The translations under genes were made by a program, and so were the position numbers. 56,873 nucleotides of DNA, taken from NCBI GenBank assembly GCA_005879205.1, contig VBLD01000118.1, forward strand, positions 4,218 to 61,090. Direction: 5' to 3'. Shown here piece by piece: positions 45,235 through 54,255 of this stretch. The DNA is from Deltaproteobacteria bacterium. GTDB lineage: Bacteria > Desulfobacterota > Binatia > DP-6. Positions within the stretch are counted from its first letter, which is position 1; every line of letters starts with the position of its first letter. The notes under the pieces were generated by a model, which was not told where the DNA came from, did no database searches, and saw only the letters and a list, made by a program, of their open reading frames with translations.

Positions 45235-47190
45235 ATGAGCACATCGGAGGGACGGCTGACACTGGTGGGCGGATCGACCGGCGAGGGTCTTCCCGTCCGG
45301 GTTCCCCAGGCGATCGCGCGCGCCAGCCAGTACCTGTTCGCCACCCAGCACGCGCGTGGCTACTGGCATGCGCCGCTCGAGGCGAATGCCACGATGGAGG
45401 CCGAGTACGTCTTCTTCAACCGCGTGCTCGGCCGCGAGCGGCCGGACGTCGAGCGGCGTCTGGCCGAGCGACTTCTCGGGCTCCAGCAGGCGGACGGGAG
45501 CTGGCCGATCTATTACAACGGGCCTGGCGGCCCGTCGGCCACGATCGAAGCTTACTTCGCGCTCAAGCTCATCGGTATGAACGGGACCGAGCCGGCGCTC
45601 GCCCGCGCCCGTGACTTCATCAGGGGCCAGGGCGGACTCGCGCGGGCGGGTGTCTTCACGCGCATCTGGCTCGCCTACTTCGGCCAGTTCCCGTGGGCCG
45701 GCGTCCCGTCCCTGCCCGTCGAGCTCGTGCTGCTGCCGCCGTGGTTCCCGCTCAACATCTACGCGATGTCGAGCTGGGCGCGCGGCACCGTGGTGCCGCT
45801 GACGCTGCTCATGGCGCACCGGCCGGCGGTTCGGATCGAGCCGGACGCCGGCGTATCGGAGCTGTGGCTCGGGCCGCCCACGCGCGAGGAGCTGGCCTTT
45901 GCGCGCTCGCCCGAGCTGGTGACGATGCGTAACTTCTTTCTCGCCGTCGACCGCGCGCTGAAGTCGCTGGCCCCCTTCTCGTGGCGCGGGCTCCGCCGCC
46001 GTGCGGTCGCGCGCGCCATCGAGTGGATCCTCCGGCATCAGGACACGAACGGCCAGTGGGGCGGCATCCAGCCGGCGATGGTGAACGCCGTGCTCGCGCT
46101 CCACGCGGTCGGCTTCGCGGCCGATCATCCGGCGATGATGAGCGGCATCCAGGGCGTGGAGGACTTTCTCGTCGAGTGCGAGGGCACGCTCATGTACCAG
46201 CCCTGCGTGTCGCCCAACTGGGACACGGCGCTCGCCGCCAGGGCGCTCCTCGACGCCGGGCTCGACGCCGCGCACCCGGCGCTCGGGCGCGCCGCCGACT
46301 GGCTCGTCGCCAACCAGATATTCCGACGCGGCGACTGGTCGGTGCTGAACCCGAGGCTCGAGCCCGGCGGATGGGCGTTCGAGTTCGCCAACGACTGGTA
46401 CCCCGACGTCGACGACTCGGCCGTGATCCTGACGGTGCTCGACGCGCTGCCCGTCGCGCGCACCGCGGAGGGGAAGCGGGCGATCGCCTACGGGCTCAAC
46501 TGGACGCTCGGCATGCAGAGCCGCGACGGTGGCTGGGCCGCCTTCGACACCGACAACACGGCCGCGTTCCTGAATCGCATCCCGTTCGCCGACATGGAGG
46601 CGATGATCGACCCGCCCACCGAGGATCTGACCGGACGCCTGCTCCACCTGATGGGCACCGTCGGCTACACGCTCGATTTCGGGCGGGCGCGGCGCGCCGT
46701 CGAGTTCCTGCGGCGCACGCAGCGGAGCGACGGCAGCTGGTGGGGTCGCTGGGGCGTCAACTTCGTCTACGGGACGTGGTGTGCGCTCGCCGGCCTCGAG
46801 CGGATCGGGGAGGACATGCGCGCGCCCTGGGTGCGGCGCGCCGTCGAGTGGCTGACCGCGCGCCAGAATCCGGACGGCGGCTGGGGTGAGACGGTGGCTT
46901 CCTACGACGACGAGGCGCTCGCCGGACGGGGCGAGAGCACGCCGTCGCAGACGGCGTGGGCGCTGCTCGGGCTCCTCGCCGCCGACGGGCCGTCGAGCGC
47001 CGCCGTCGAGCGCGGCGTCGACTGGCTCCTCCGCACCCAGGGGCCGGACGGCACCTGGGAGGAGCGTGCGTTCACCGGCACGGGGTTCCCGCGGCACTTC
47101 TATCTGCGCTACCACCTCTACCGGCACTACTTCCCCTTGATGGCGCTCGGGCAGTACCGGGCGCGGCTGGCGGCGAGGAACGAGGGATGA
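45235..47190 (+). CDS. shc: Squalene-hopene cyclase
   Basis: Repeated QW motifs (QxxDGSW, QDTNGQWGG, QSRDGGW, QRSDGSWWGRWG, QNPDGGWGE, QGPDGTWEE) and the catalytic DVDDSAV (DxDD) box. Confidence 0.95.
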   Translation: MSTSEGRLTLVGGSTGEGLPVRVPQAIARASQYLFATQHARGYWHAPLEANATMEAEYVFFNRVLGRERPDVERRLAERLLGLQQADGSWPIYYNGPGGPSATIEAYFALKLIGMNGTEPALARARDFIRGQGGLARAGVFTRIWLAYFGQFPWAGVPSLPVELVLLPPWFPLNIYAMSSWARGTVVPLTLLMAHRPAVRIEPDAGVSELWLGPPTREELAFARSPELVTMRNFFLAVDRALKSLAPFSWRGLRRRAVARAIEWILRHQDTNGQWGGIQPAMVNAVLALHAVGFAADHPAMMSGIQGVEDFLVECEGTLMYQPCVSPNWDTALAARALLDAGLDAAHPALGRAADWLVANQIFRRGDWSVLNPRLEPGGWAFEFANDWYPDVDDSAVILTVLDALPVARTAEGKRAIAYGLNWTLGMQSRDGGWAAFDTDNTAAFLNRIPFADMEAMIDPPTEDLTGRLLHLMGTVGYTLDFGRARRAVEFLRRTQRSDGSWWGRWGVNFVYGTWCALAGLERIGEDMRAPWVRRAVEWLTARQNPDGGWGETVASYDDEALAGRGESTPSQTAWALLGLLAADGPSSAAVERGVDWLLRTQGPDGTWEERAFTGTGFPRHFYLRYHLYRHYFPLMALGQYRARLAARNEG

Positions 47191-48431
47191 CCGCCGGCAT
47201 CGAGCGCCTCGCCGTTTACGTCCCGTCGTTTTCGCTGCCGCTCGCCGAGCTGGCGCGCGCGCGTGGCGTGCCGCCCGAGAAGATGACACAGGGGCTCGGC
47301 GTCGAGGCGATGGCCATCGCGCCGCCCTGCGAGGACGTCGTCACCATGGCGGCGACGGCGGGCGCCCGGCTGCTGCGCGCGGCGGGCATCGATCCCGACA
47401 CGATCGGCATGCTGCTGGTCGCCACCGAGACCGGCGTCGACAACGCCAAGCCGGTCGCGATCTTCGTGCACGAGCTGCTCGGCGTCGGTCGCCGCTGCCG
47501 CGTCTACGAGCTGAAGCACGCCTGCTACGCCGGGACTGCGGGGCTCATGACGGCGGCGGACTGGGTACGCGCCGGCGGCGGGCGGCCGCGGCGCGCCCTG
47601 GTCATCGCCGCCGACATCGCGCGCTACGCGCTCGGCTCGCCCGGCGAGCCGACGCAGGGCGCCGGCGCCGTCGCCATGCTCGTCGGGGCCGAGCCGAAGG
47701 CCCTCGCCCTCGACGAGGAGACGGGCACGTACGCCGACAACGTCTACGACTTCTGGCGTCCGATCGGGCGGCGCGAGGCCCTGGTGGACGGCAAGTACTC
47801 GGTCGAGTGCTACCTCGAGGCGCTCGCCGGCGCCTTCACGGCGTACCGCGCCGGTGAGCGGCCACTCCTCGGCCCCGACGAGGCGCTCGCCGATCGCCTG
47901 ACGCGGCTCCTCTATCACACGCCCTTTCCCAAGATGGCGATGAAGGCACATCGTCGCCTCGTCGAGCTCGACTGGCGCGCCGCGCCCGCGCGCTGGGCGC
48001 GAGTCGGCCCGGGCGTGGAAGACGCGGCAGTGGCGTCGTATCGCGAGGCGGTGGCGCCCGGGCTCGCGGCCGTCGCGCGGGTGGGGAACACCTACACGGC
48101 GTCGCTCTATCTCTGTCTCGCCTCGCTCCTCGAGGCCGAAGGCGCGGGACTCGCCGGCCGCCGGCTCGGGCTCTTCTCCTACGGCAGTGGCTGCTGCGCG
48201 GAGTTCTTCACCGGCACCGTGTCTCCGGATGTGGCGGCGGTCGCGGACGCGGGCGTCGGGGATGTGCTCGCGCGGCGCACCGTGATTGACGTGGCCGAGT
48301 ACGAGCGGTTGGCTGGAGCTGGCGAGGCGGGCGGCGAGCCGCCGCCGGGCTTCATGGGCGAGTTCGTGCTGCACGGCATTCGCAACGACCGGCGGGAGTA
48401 CGGTCGCGTGAGGGCGGCCCTCGCGGCATGA
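47187..48431 (+). CDS. mvaS: HMG-CoA synthase
   Basis: VATETGVDNAKP, catalytic Cys block YELKHACYAGT, GEPTQGAGAVAMLV, YHTPFPKM, GNTYTASLY, FSYGSG. ATGA overlap with shc. Confidence 0.9.
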   Translation: MTAGIERLAVYVPSFSLPLAELARARGVPPEKMTQGLGVEAMAIAPPCEDVVTMAATAGARLLRAAGIDPDTIGMLLVATETGVDNAKPVAIFVHELLGVGRRCRVYELKHACYAGTAGLMTAADWVRAGGGRPRRALVIAADIARYALGSPGEPTQGAGAVAMLVGAEPKALALDEETGTYADNVYDFWRPIGRREALVDGKYSVECYLEALAGAFTAYRAGERPLLGPDEALADRLTRLLYHTPFPKMAMKAHRRLVELDWRAAPARWARVGPGVEDAAVASYREAVAPGLAAVARVGNTYTASLYLCLASLLEAEGAGLAGRRLGLFSYGSGCCAEFFTGTVSPDVAAVADAGVGDVLARRTVIDVAEYERLAGAGEAGGEPPPGFMGEFVLHGIRNDRREYGRVRAALAA

Positions 48432-49324
48432 GCGCGGTGCTCGAGGAAGCGATGCGGGGGCCGAGCCCCGCCGAGTTGGCGGCCGCGTATGCACACTGTG
48501 CGCGCGTGGCCCGCACGCACTACGAGAATTTCACGATCGGCTCCTGGCTCCTGCCGAGGCGCCTTCGCCACGACTTGGCGGCGGTGTACGCCTTCGCGCG
48601 GGGCGCCGACGACATCGCCGACGAAGGCGAGACCGATCGGCGCGACCGAATCGGCCGCCTGAACGCGTGGGAAGAGAAGCTCCTCGCCTGCGCCCGTGAC
48701 CCGGGCGCCGCCGGCGACCCGCTCTTTCGGGCGCTCGGCCACACGATCGCGGCGCATGCGCTGCCGCTCGAGCCGTTCCGCGATCTCCTGGCTGCGTTCC
48801 GCCGCGACGCGGCGGGCGAGACGCGCCGCTTCGCGACGTTCACCGACCTGCTCGGCTACTGTCGCTGCTCCGCCAATCCCGTGGGTCGCCTCGTGCTCGC
48901 GCTCTTCGGCCACCAGGATGCCGAGCGCCAGCGCCGCGCCGACGACATCTGCACGGCGCTCCAGCTGACGAACTTCTGGCAGGACGTCGCCGGCGACCTC
49001 GACTGCGGCCGGGTCTACCTCCCCGACGAGGACCTCGAGCGCTTTCCTGGCAGTCGCGAGGCGCTCGCCACACGCCGGACGAACGCCGCCTTCCGGGGAC
49101 TGCTGGCGTTCGAGATTGCCCGCACCCGCGCGCTGTTCGAGCGCGGCCTGCCGCTCGCCGACATGGTCGGCCGGCGGCTCCGGCACGAGGTGCGCATCTT
49201 TGCGCGCGGCGGCCTTGCAATCCTGGCCCGTATCGAGGCGGTCGACTACGACGTCTTCCGTCGCCGTCCGACCCTCGGTCGCGCCGAGCTGCTCCGGCTG
49301 GTCGTGCGGGGGCTCTGGCGATGA
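48428..49324 (+). CDS. hpnC: Hydroxysqualene synthase HpnC (squalene/phytoene synthase family)
   Basis: HYENFTIGSWLLPRRLR, YAFARGADDIADEG, LQLTNFWQDVAGD. ATGA overlap on both sides. Confidence 0.8.
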   Translation: MSAVLEEAMRGPSPAELAAAYAHCARVARTHYENFTIGSWLLPRRLRHDLAAVYAFARGADDIADEGETDRRDRIGRLNAWEEKLLACARDPGAAGDPLFRALGHTIAAHALPLEPFRDLLAAFRRDAAGETRRFATFTDLLGYCRCSANPVGRLVLALFGHQDAERQRRADDICTALQLTNFWQDVAGDLDCGRVYLPDEDLERFPGSREALATRRTNAAFRGLLAFEIARTRALFERGLPLADMVGRRLRHEVRIFARGGLAILARIEAVDYDVFRRRPTLGRAELLRLVVRGLWR

Positions 49325-50220
49325 GCACGCCGGCGCTCGTCACCACTCCGCTCGCCGCGGCCTACGAGTATTGCGCGGCGCGCACCCGTCGCGCGTCGTC
49401 GAACTTCTACTGGGGCTTCCGGCTGCTCACGCCCGAGCGGCGCCGCTCGCTCTGCGCGGTCTACGCGTTCTGCCGGGCGGCCGACGACATCGCCGACGAG
49501 CCCGGCGCGACGGCCGATCCGGAGCGGCTCCTGGCGCGCTGGCGGGCGGAGCTCGACGCGGTCTACCGGGGCCGCCCGCGCCACCCGATCGGCGTCGCGC
49601 TGGCCGACACCGTCGAGCGTTTCGCGATCGCGCGCGAGCACTTCGAGGCCGTCATCACGGGCGTCGAGACGGACCTCCGGCGCGACCGCTACGAGACGTG
49701 GGAAGGTGACCTCGCCGCGTACTGTCATTGCGTGGCGAGCTCGGTCGGCCTGATCGCGATCGAGATCTTCGGCTACCAGAACCCCTCGGCGCGCCAGTAT
49801 GCCGTGCACCTCGGGCTGGCGTTCCAGCTCACCAACATCCTGCGCGACGTCGCCGAGGACGCGCGCCGCGGCCGCATCTACCTGCCGCGCGAGGACCTCC
49901 GGCGCTCCGGCTGCCCCGAGGAGGACGTCCTCGCCGGGCATTGCACGGAGGCGTTCCGGCGCGTCATGGCGTTCGAGTGTGCGCGCGCCGGCGAGCACTA
50001 TGGGCGCGCGCGCTTCCTGCTGGCCGAGGAGGACCGGCCGACGCTCGCGCCCGCCGAGGCGATGCGTCTCATCTACGAGCAGCTGCTGCGCCGCGTGATG
50101 TTCCGCCGCTACGACGTCTTCGGGCCGAAGGTGCGGCTCACGCGGCCGGAGAAGGCGGGGCTCGCGATGGCGGCCTGGGCTCGCCCGCACCTGAGCTTCC
50201 TCTACCGGCTGGTGGGATGA
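49321..50220 (+). CDS. hpnD: Presqualene diphosphate synthase HpnD
   Basis: SNFYWGFRLLTPERRRSLCAVYAFCRAADDIADE, FQLTNILRDVAEDARRGRIYLP. Confidence 0.8.
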   Translation: MSTPALVTTPLAAAYEYCAARTRRASSNFYWGFRLLTPERRRSLCAVYAFCRAADDIADEPGATADPERLLARWRAELDAVYRGRPRHPIGVALADTVERFAIAREHFEAVITGVETDLRRDRYETWEGDLAAYCHCVASSVGLIAIEIFGYQNPSARQYAVHLGLAFQLTNILRDVAEDARRGRIYLPREDLRRSGCPEEDVLAGHCTEAFRRVMAFECARAGEHYGRARFLLAEEDRPTLAPAEAMRLIYEQLLRRVMFRRYDVFGPKVRLTRPEKAGLAMAAWARPHLSFLYRLVG

Positions 50221-51632
50221 CCGCCCCGCCCCGCGTCGCGGTGGTGGGCGGCGGCTTCGCGGGGCTTGCCGCGGCCGTCCGTCTGGCGCGCCGGGGTGCC
50301 GCCGTGACCCTCGTCGAGCGGCGTCCCTTCCTCGGTGGCCGGGCCTACTCGTTCACCGATCCCGCCACCGGCGACGTGGTGGACAACGGGCCGCACGCTC
50401 TCATGGGCGCCTACACGGCGGCGCTCGACTTCCTCGGCGAGATCGGCGCCACGGCGAAGCTCGCGTTCCAGCCGCGCCTCCGCGTGGCGCTGGCGGATCC
50501 CGGGCTCGGCCTCGGCGTCGTCGCCGCGCCGCCGCTGCCGGGTCCCCTCCAGGCGCCCGCCGCGCTGCTCCGCTATCGCCTGCTCGGCCCGCGTGACCGG
50601 GTGCGGCTGCTCACGGGGGCGGTCCGCCTGGCCGCTCGCTCGTCGGGGTCGCTGTCCAGGACGACCGTGGCGGAGGCGCTGGCGGCAGTCGGACAGTCGC
50701 CGGCAGCCTGCGCCCGCTTCTGGCATCCGCTCGCGATCGCGACGCTGAACGAGCTGCCCGGCGCCGCGGCCGCGGCGCCCTTCGCCGCGGTCCTCCGCAA
50801 GGCCTTCTTCGCCGGCGCGCGCGCTGCCCGCTTCGCGCTCTCCCGCGTGCCGCTCTCGGAGCTGTACACGGTGGATGCGCAGCGCGCGATCGAGCGGGCG
50901 GGCGGCACGGTGCGGACCGGCGCCGCAGTGGCCACGCTCGCGCTCGGCCCGGAGGGCGTCGAGGCCCTCGTCCTCCGCGACGGCACCCGCGTCGCAGCCG
51001 ACGCCGTCGTGCTGGCCGTCCCGGTGGCGGCGCTTCTCCGGCTGCTTCCGTCGCGGCTCCGCGACGCGCCGCCGTTCCGGCCGCTCGCCAGCGTCGGGAC
51101 GTCGCCGATCGTCAGCGTCCACGTCTGGCTCGACCGTCACGTCGGCTGGGGCGGCCCCTTCCTCGGTCTGCTCGGCGGCCGCGCGCAGTGGCTCTTCGAC
51201 GCCGGCGTGGCGGCGGATGGTGGCCACCGGATCGCGAGCGTGACCAGCGGCGCCCGCTTCTGGGACGACGCCGCCGACGACGAGATCGCGGCCGAGGTGC
51301 TGGCCGATGCTGCGGCGGTGCTGCCGGCGCTCGGGCGCGTGCGGGTGCGACGCACGCTCGTCATCCGCGAGCGACACGCCACGCTCTCGCTCACGCCGGC
51401 CGCCGACGCGGTCCGGCCCGACGTCGAGACGCCGGTCGCCAACCTCTTCCTGGCCGGCGACTGGGTTCAGACCCACCTCCCCGCGACCATCGAGAGCGCC
51501 GTGATCTCCGGTCGCGCGGCGGCGGACCGGGCGCTCCCGGCAGCGACGCGACGGGCGCGGCCGGTACCCTGGCGCCCGGACGCCCCGGCCCCGAGCGCCC
51601 TCCCTTCCGCGACACTCCCTCCCTCGCCCTAG
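50217..51632 (+). CDS. hpnE: Hydroxysqualene dehydroxylase HpnE (FAD amine-oxidase family)
   Basis: VAVVGGGFAGLAAAVRLARRG, LGGRAYSF, LFLAGDW...ATIESAVISG. ATGA overlap with hpnD. Confidence 0.8.
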   Translation: MTAPPRVAVVGGGFAGLAAAVRLARRGAAVTLVERRPFLGGRAYSFTDPATGDVVDNGPHALMGAYTAALDFLGEIGATAKLAFQPRLRVALADPGLGLGVVAAPPLPGPLQAPAALLRYRLLGPRDRVRLLTGAVRLAARSSGSLSRTTVAEALAAVGQSPAACARFWHPLAIATLNELPGAAAAAPFAAVLRKAFFAGARAARFALSRVPLSELYTVDAQRAIERAGGTVRTGAAVATLALGPEGVEALVLRDGTRVAADAVVLAVPVAALLRLLPSRLRDAPPFRPLASVGTSPIVSVHVWLDRHVGWGGPFLGLLGGRAQWLFDAGVAADGGHRIASVTSGARFWDDAADDEIAAEVLADAAAVLPALGRVRVRRTLVIRERHATLSLTPAADAVRPDVETPVANLFLAGDWVQTHLPATIESAVISGRAAADRALPAATRRARPVPWRPDAPAPSALPSATLPPSP

Positions 51633-51710
51633 CGTCAAGACCTTAGCAGACCCGATAAGCAAGGTTGGCACGGCGAGCACGGCGACGCCGTTCTCGCGTG
51701 GGGCAGCCGG

Positions 51711-51726
51711 TGGCACCGGGCTTGCT
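51711..51726 (+). promoter_or_regulatory. Sigma54 (-24/-12) promoter
   Basis: TGGCAC-CGGGC-TTGCT matches TGGCAC-N5-TTGC(A/T) at every specified position. GAGGAGGG SD and ATG 51752 follow, about 15 nt after the predicted TSS. Confidence 0.7.
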
Positions 51727-51751
51727 GAAGGCGGCCAGAGGAGGGAAGGCG

Positions 51752-51928
51752 ATGGCAAAGCACATCACCCTGCTGGATCTCGTGACGGTGGTCTCGAGCC
51801 TTGCGCGCAGCGATGCCGAGGTCGTCGCCACGGTCATCTACCTGGTGAATTCTGGCAAGGTCCGTCTCGCGGGGAACTTCCGCGGTGCCCGCTTCGCGCT
51901 CGAGCCCGACGGAGCCGTCGCCGCCTGA
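51752..51928 (+). CDS. Small conserved hypothetical protein (58 aa), paralog of 54477-54659
   Basis: MAKHITLLDLVTVVSSLARSDAEVVATVIYLVNSGKVRLAGNFRGARF... 27 identities over the first 48 residues with the second copy. High third-position G/C, good SD. Confidence 0.7.
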   Translation: MAKHITLLDLVTVVSSLARSDAEVVATVIYLVNSGKVRLAGNFRGARFALEPDGAVAA

Positions 51929-51989
51929 GGCGCCTTCCGGCGGGGTCGAGCACGGCCTCGCGTGTTGCTCGGCTTCGTCTCGTCGTCGT

Positions 51990-52148
51990 ATGGCCGGCGA
52001 CGTGGCGGGCCGAGCGTTCTTCGCCAGGAGACCCAGGACCGCGGCGCTGGTGACCCCGGCGGCAGCGGCGGTCGTGGTCGGGGGCCTCGTTCTCTCCCCG
52101 AACTTGCACCGCACCGGACGTACCACGCGCTCGGCGGCTCCGGGCTGA
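51990..52148 (+). CDS. Possible 52-aa single-TM peptide
   Basis: MAGDVAGRAFFARRPRTAALVTPAAAAVVVGGLVLSPNL... High third-position G/C, but no recognisable SD and no known homolog. Confidence 0.25.
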   Translation: MAGDVAGRAFFARRPRTAALVTPAAAAVVVGGLVLSPNLHRTGRTTRSAAPG

Positions 52149-52213
52149 CCCGTCCTGGCCTGACGCCGTCCGATCGTGGCCGAGGCGTCCGAGCCCTGCT
52201 ACAGTTTCGCAAG

Positions 52214-52711
52214 ATGCCCTCCCCGCAGCGCTACAGCGTGGTGGTCGCGAAGGACTATCTCAAGTTCTCGGCGGCGCACTTCATCGCCTACCCGGGCTTC
52301 CGCGAGCCGCTTCACGGCCACAACTACCAGGTGTCGGTCCGCGTCGAGGCCGATCTCGGGCCCGACGGCTACGTGCTCGACTTCGGGCTCGTGAAGCGGG
52401 TGGCGCACGAGCTCTGTCGCGAGCTGGACGAGCGCGTGCTGCTGCCGCTCGAGAGCGACTGCCTCGTCACCGAGCGCACCGAAGACGCCGTCGAGGTGGT
52501 CACCGCCACCGGCGAGCGCTTCCGCTTCCCGGCGGGCGACGTACGCCTGCTCCCCATCGCGCACAGCTCGGCGGAGGAGCTGGCGGCCTATCTGCTCGGT
52601 CGGGTGCGGGACGCGCTGCACGCGGAGGTCGGCGGGCGAGGACTCCTCGCGCTGGAGGTCGGTGTCGCCGAGGCGCCCGGCCAGGTGGCGTACTACCGCG
52701 AGGCGTTTTGA
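52214..52711 (+). CDS. 6-pyruvoyl-tetrahydropterin synthase / QueD-family protein
   Basis: KFSAAHFIAYPGFREPLHGHNYQVSV, GYVLDFGLVK, SSAEELA. 165 aa. Confidence 0.8.
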   Translation: MPSPQRYSVVVAKDYLKFSAAHFIAYPGFREPLHGHNYQVSVRVEADLGPDGYVLDFGLVKRVAHELCRELDERVLLPLESDCLVTERTEDAVEVVTATGERFRFPAGDVRLLPIAHSSAEELAAYLLGRVRDALHAEVGGRGLLALEVGVAEAPGQVAYYREAF

Positions 52712-52971
52712 GGGCCGCGCTCGTCCTCGTGGCCGCTCTCGGCTGCGGGCCGGCGCTTCCCGATCCCGACACGCCCGGGGCGGTCGTCCTGCGGACGCGT
52801 TGCACGGGCTGCCACGGTCTCAACGCGCCGGGCAGCATGACGTTCCCGATGTGGCAGGTGCAGCTCGAGCGCATGCGCGGTCTGTTCGCGCAGCGCGGGC
52901 TCCCGTGGCTCGACGCCCGCGAGGAGCGCGCGCTCCTCGACTATCTCGCGGCGCACGCCGGCACGAGCTGA
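52708..52971 (+). CDS. Small lipoprotein-like c-type cytochrome (single CxxCH)
   Basis: TTG start overlapping the PTPS stop (TTGA). Signal peptide ending ALGC; heme-binding motif CTGCHG; downstream Met candidates (MTFPMW). Confidence 0.5.
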   Translation: MRAALVLVAALGCGPALPDPDTPGAVVLRTRCTGCHGLNAPGSMTFPMWQVQLERMRGLFAQRGLPWLDAREERALLDYLAAHAGTS

Positions 52972-52974
52972 AGC

Positions 52975-54255
52975 GTGACGCGTCCCGAGCGCACGTACTA
53001 CGTCGTCTCCGGGCTCTACACGGTCGCGCAGTTCTTCATCGCGCCGATCTATCCTCTCTTCCTGCTGAGTCGCGGGCTCGACCTGTTCCAGACCAACGCG
53101 GTGCTCGCCACCTACCTGATCACGGTGTTCGTGTTCGAGGTTCCGACCGGCGCAATCGCGGACCGCTTCGGCCGCAAACGGTCGTTCCTGGCCGCCTGCG
53201 TGATCCGTATGGTCGCGTACGCGCTCTACGCGTTCACGCGCGGGTTCGCGGACTGCCTCGTCGCCGAGTTCATTGATGCGGTTGGTACCACGCTTGCGAG
53301 CGGCGCGCTCGAGGCCTGGGTGGTCGACGAGGTGCGGGCGCACGGCGACACGCGCCCCACCGACACGCTCTTCGCCCGCGCGCAGGTCGTATCGCGCGCG
53401 TCGATGATCGTCGGCGGGGTCGCCTGCGGATATCTCGCCGAGCTCGGCTGGACGCTCCCCTGGCTCGTCTGCAGCGCGCTCTTCGTCGTGACTGGCCTGG
53501 TGGCCGCGACGTCGATGCGGGAGACGCGCGTGGCGGCGCCGGCCCGGTCGCTCGGCCGGACCGCACTCGATGCGCTCCGGGCCGTGCGTGCCGCACCCGT
53601 GCTGGTCCTGCTGTGCGCGCTGACCGGCGTCGCGGCCTTCGCGAGCTTCCCGCTCCACATCCTCTGGCAGCCGCATCTCGAGGCGCTCGCCGGTAAAGGG
53701 CTCTGGCGGATGGGCTGGATCCTCGCGCTCCTCAACCTGACCGCCCTCGTCGGCAATGCGGTCCTGCCACGGCTGCTGAGACAGTTCGCGCGCGAGACGG
53801 TGCTCGCCGCGGCCTCGTTGTGGCGCGCGGTCACGGTGGGCTTCGCGGCAGCCGCGACGGCCGCGTCGCCGATGGTCGCGGGCGTCGTCCTCCAGGAGAT
53901 CGCCTTCGGGCTGAGCGACCCGGTGCTGCTGGCCTGGACGAACGAGCACGTCGCACCCGGCGAGCGCGCGACGGTCCTCTCGGTGCGCTCGACGTTCTTC
54001 ACGCTCGGCGGGGCCTCCGGGCTCCTGACCCTCGGCCTCGTCGCGCGCGACGCCGGCATCCCGAGGGCGTGGGCGATCGAAGCCGTCCTCTTCGCGCTCG
54101 TCGCGCCGCTCTATCTGGTGCTCGGGCGCCTGGCCGGGCGCGTGCCGGCGGGCGAGCCGGCGGTCGGGCCGACGGTGGCCGTGCCGGCGAAGGTGGCCCC
54201 GCCGTCGGTGGAGCCGGTGTATGTCGCCGAGCGCGACGGCGTGGAGGTTCTCTAG
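52975..54255 (+). CDS. MFS transporter
   Basis: 12 predicted TM helices. EVPTGAIADRFGRKRS (MFS loop 2-3 motif). GTG start 3 nt after the upstream stop. Confidence 0.8.
   Translation: MTRPERTYYVVSGLYTVAQFFIAPIYPLFLLSRGLDLFQTNAVLATYLITVFVFEVPTGAIADRFGRKRSFLAACVIRMVAYALYAFTRGFADCLVAEFIDAVGTTLASGALEAWVVDEVRAHGDTRPTDTLFARAQVVSRASMIVGGVACGYLAELGWTLPWLVCSALFVVTGLVAATSMRETRVAAPARSLGRTALDALRAVRAAPVLVLLCALTGVAAFASFPLHILWQPHLEALAGKGLWRMGWILALLNLTALVGNAVLPRLLRQFARETVLAAASLWRAVTVGFAAAATAASPMVAGVVLQEIAFGLSDPVLLAWTNEHVAPGERATVLSVRSTFFTLGGASGLLTLGLVARDAGIPRAWAIEAVLFALVAPLYLVLGRLAGRVPAGEPAVGPTVAVPAKVAPPSVEPVYVAERDGVEVL

Noticed and set aside
51665-51682. TTGGCACGGCGAGCACGG, a second TGGCAC upstream of the accepted sigma54 promoter. 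TGGCAC hexamers also occur at 37675, 37689 and 54443.
   Set aside because: No TTGC/GC element at the required N5 spacing. The true -24/-12 match is 45 nt downstream, at 51711-51726.
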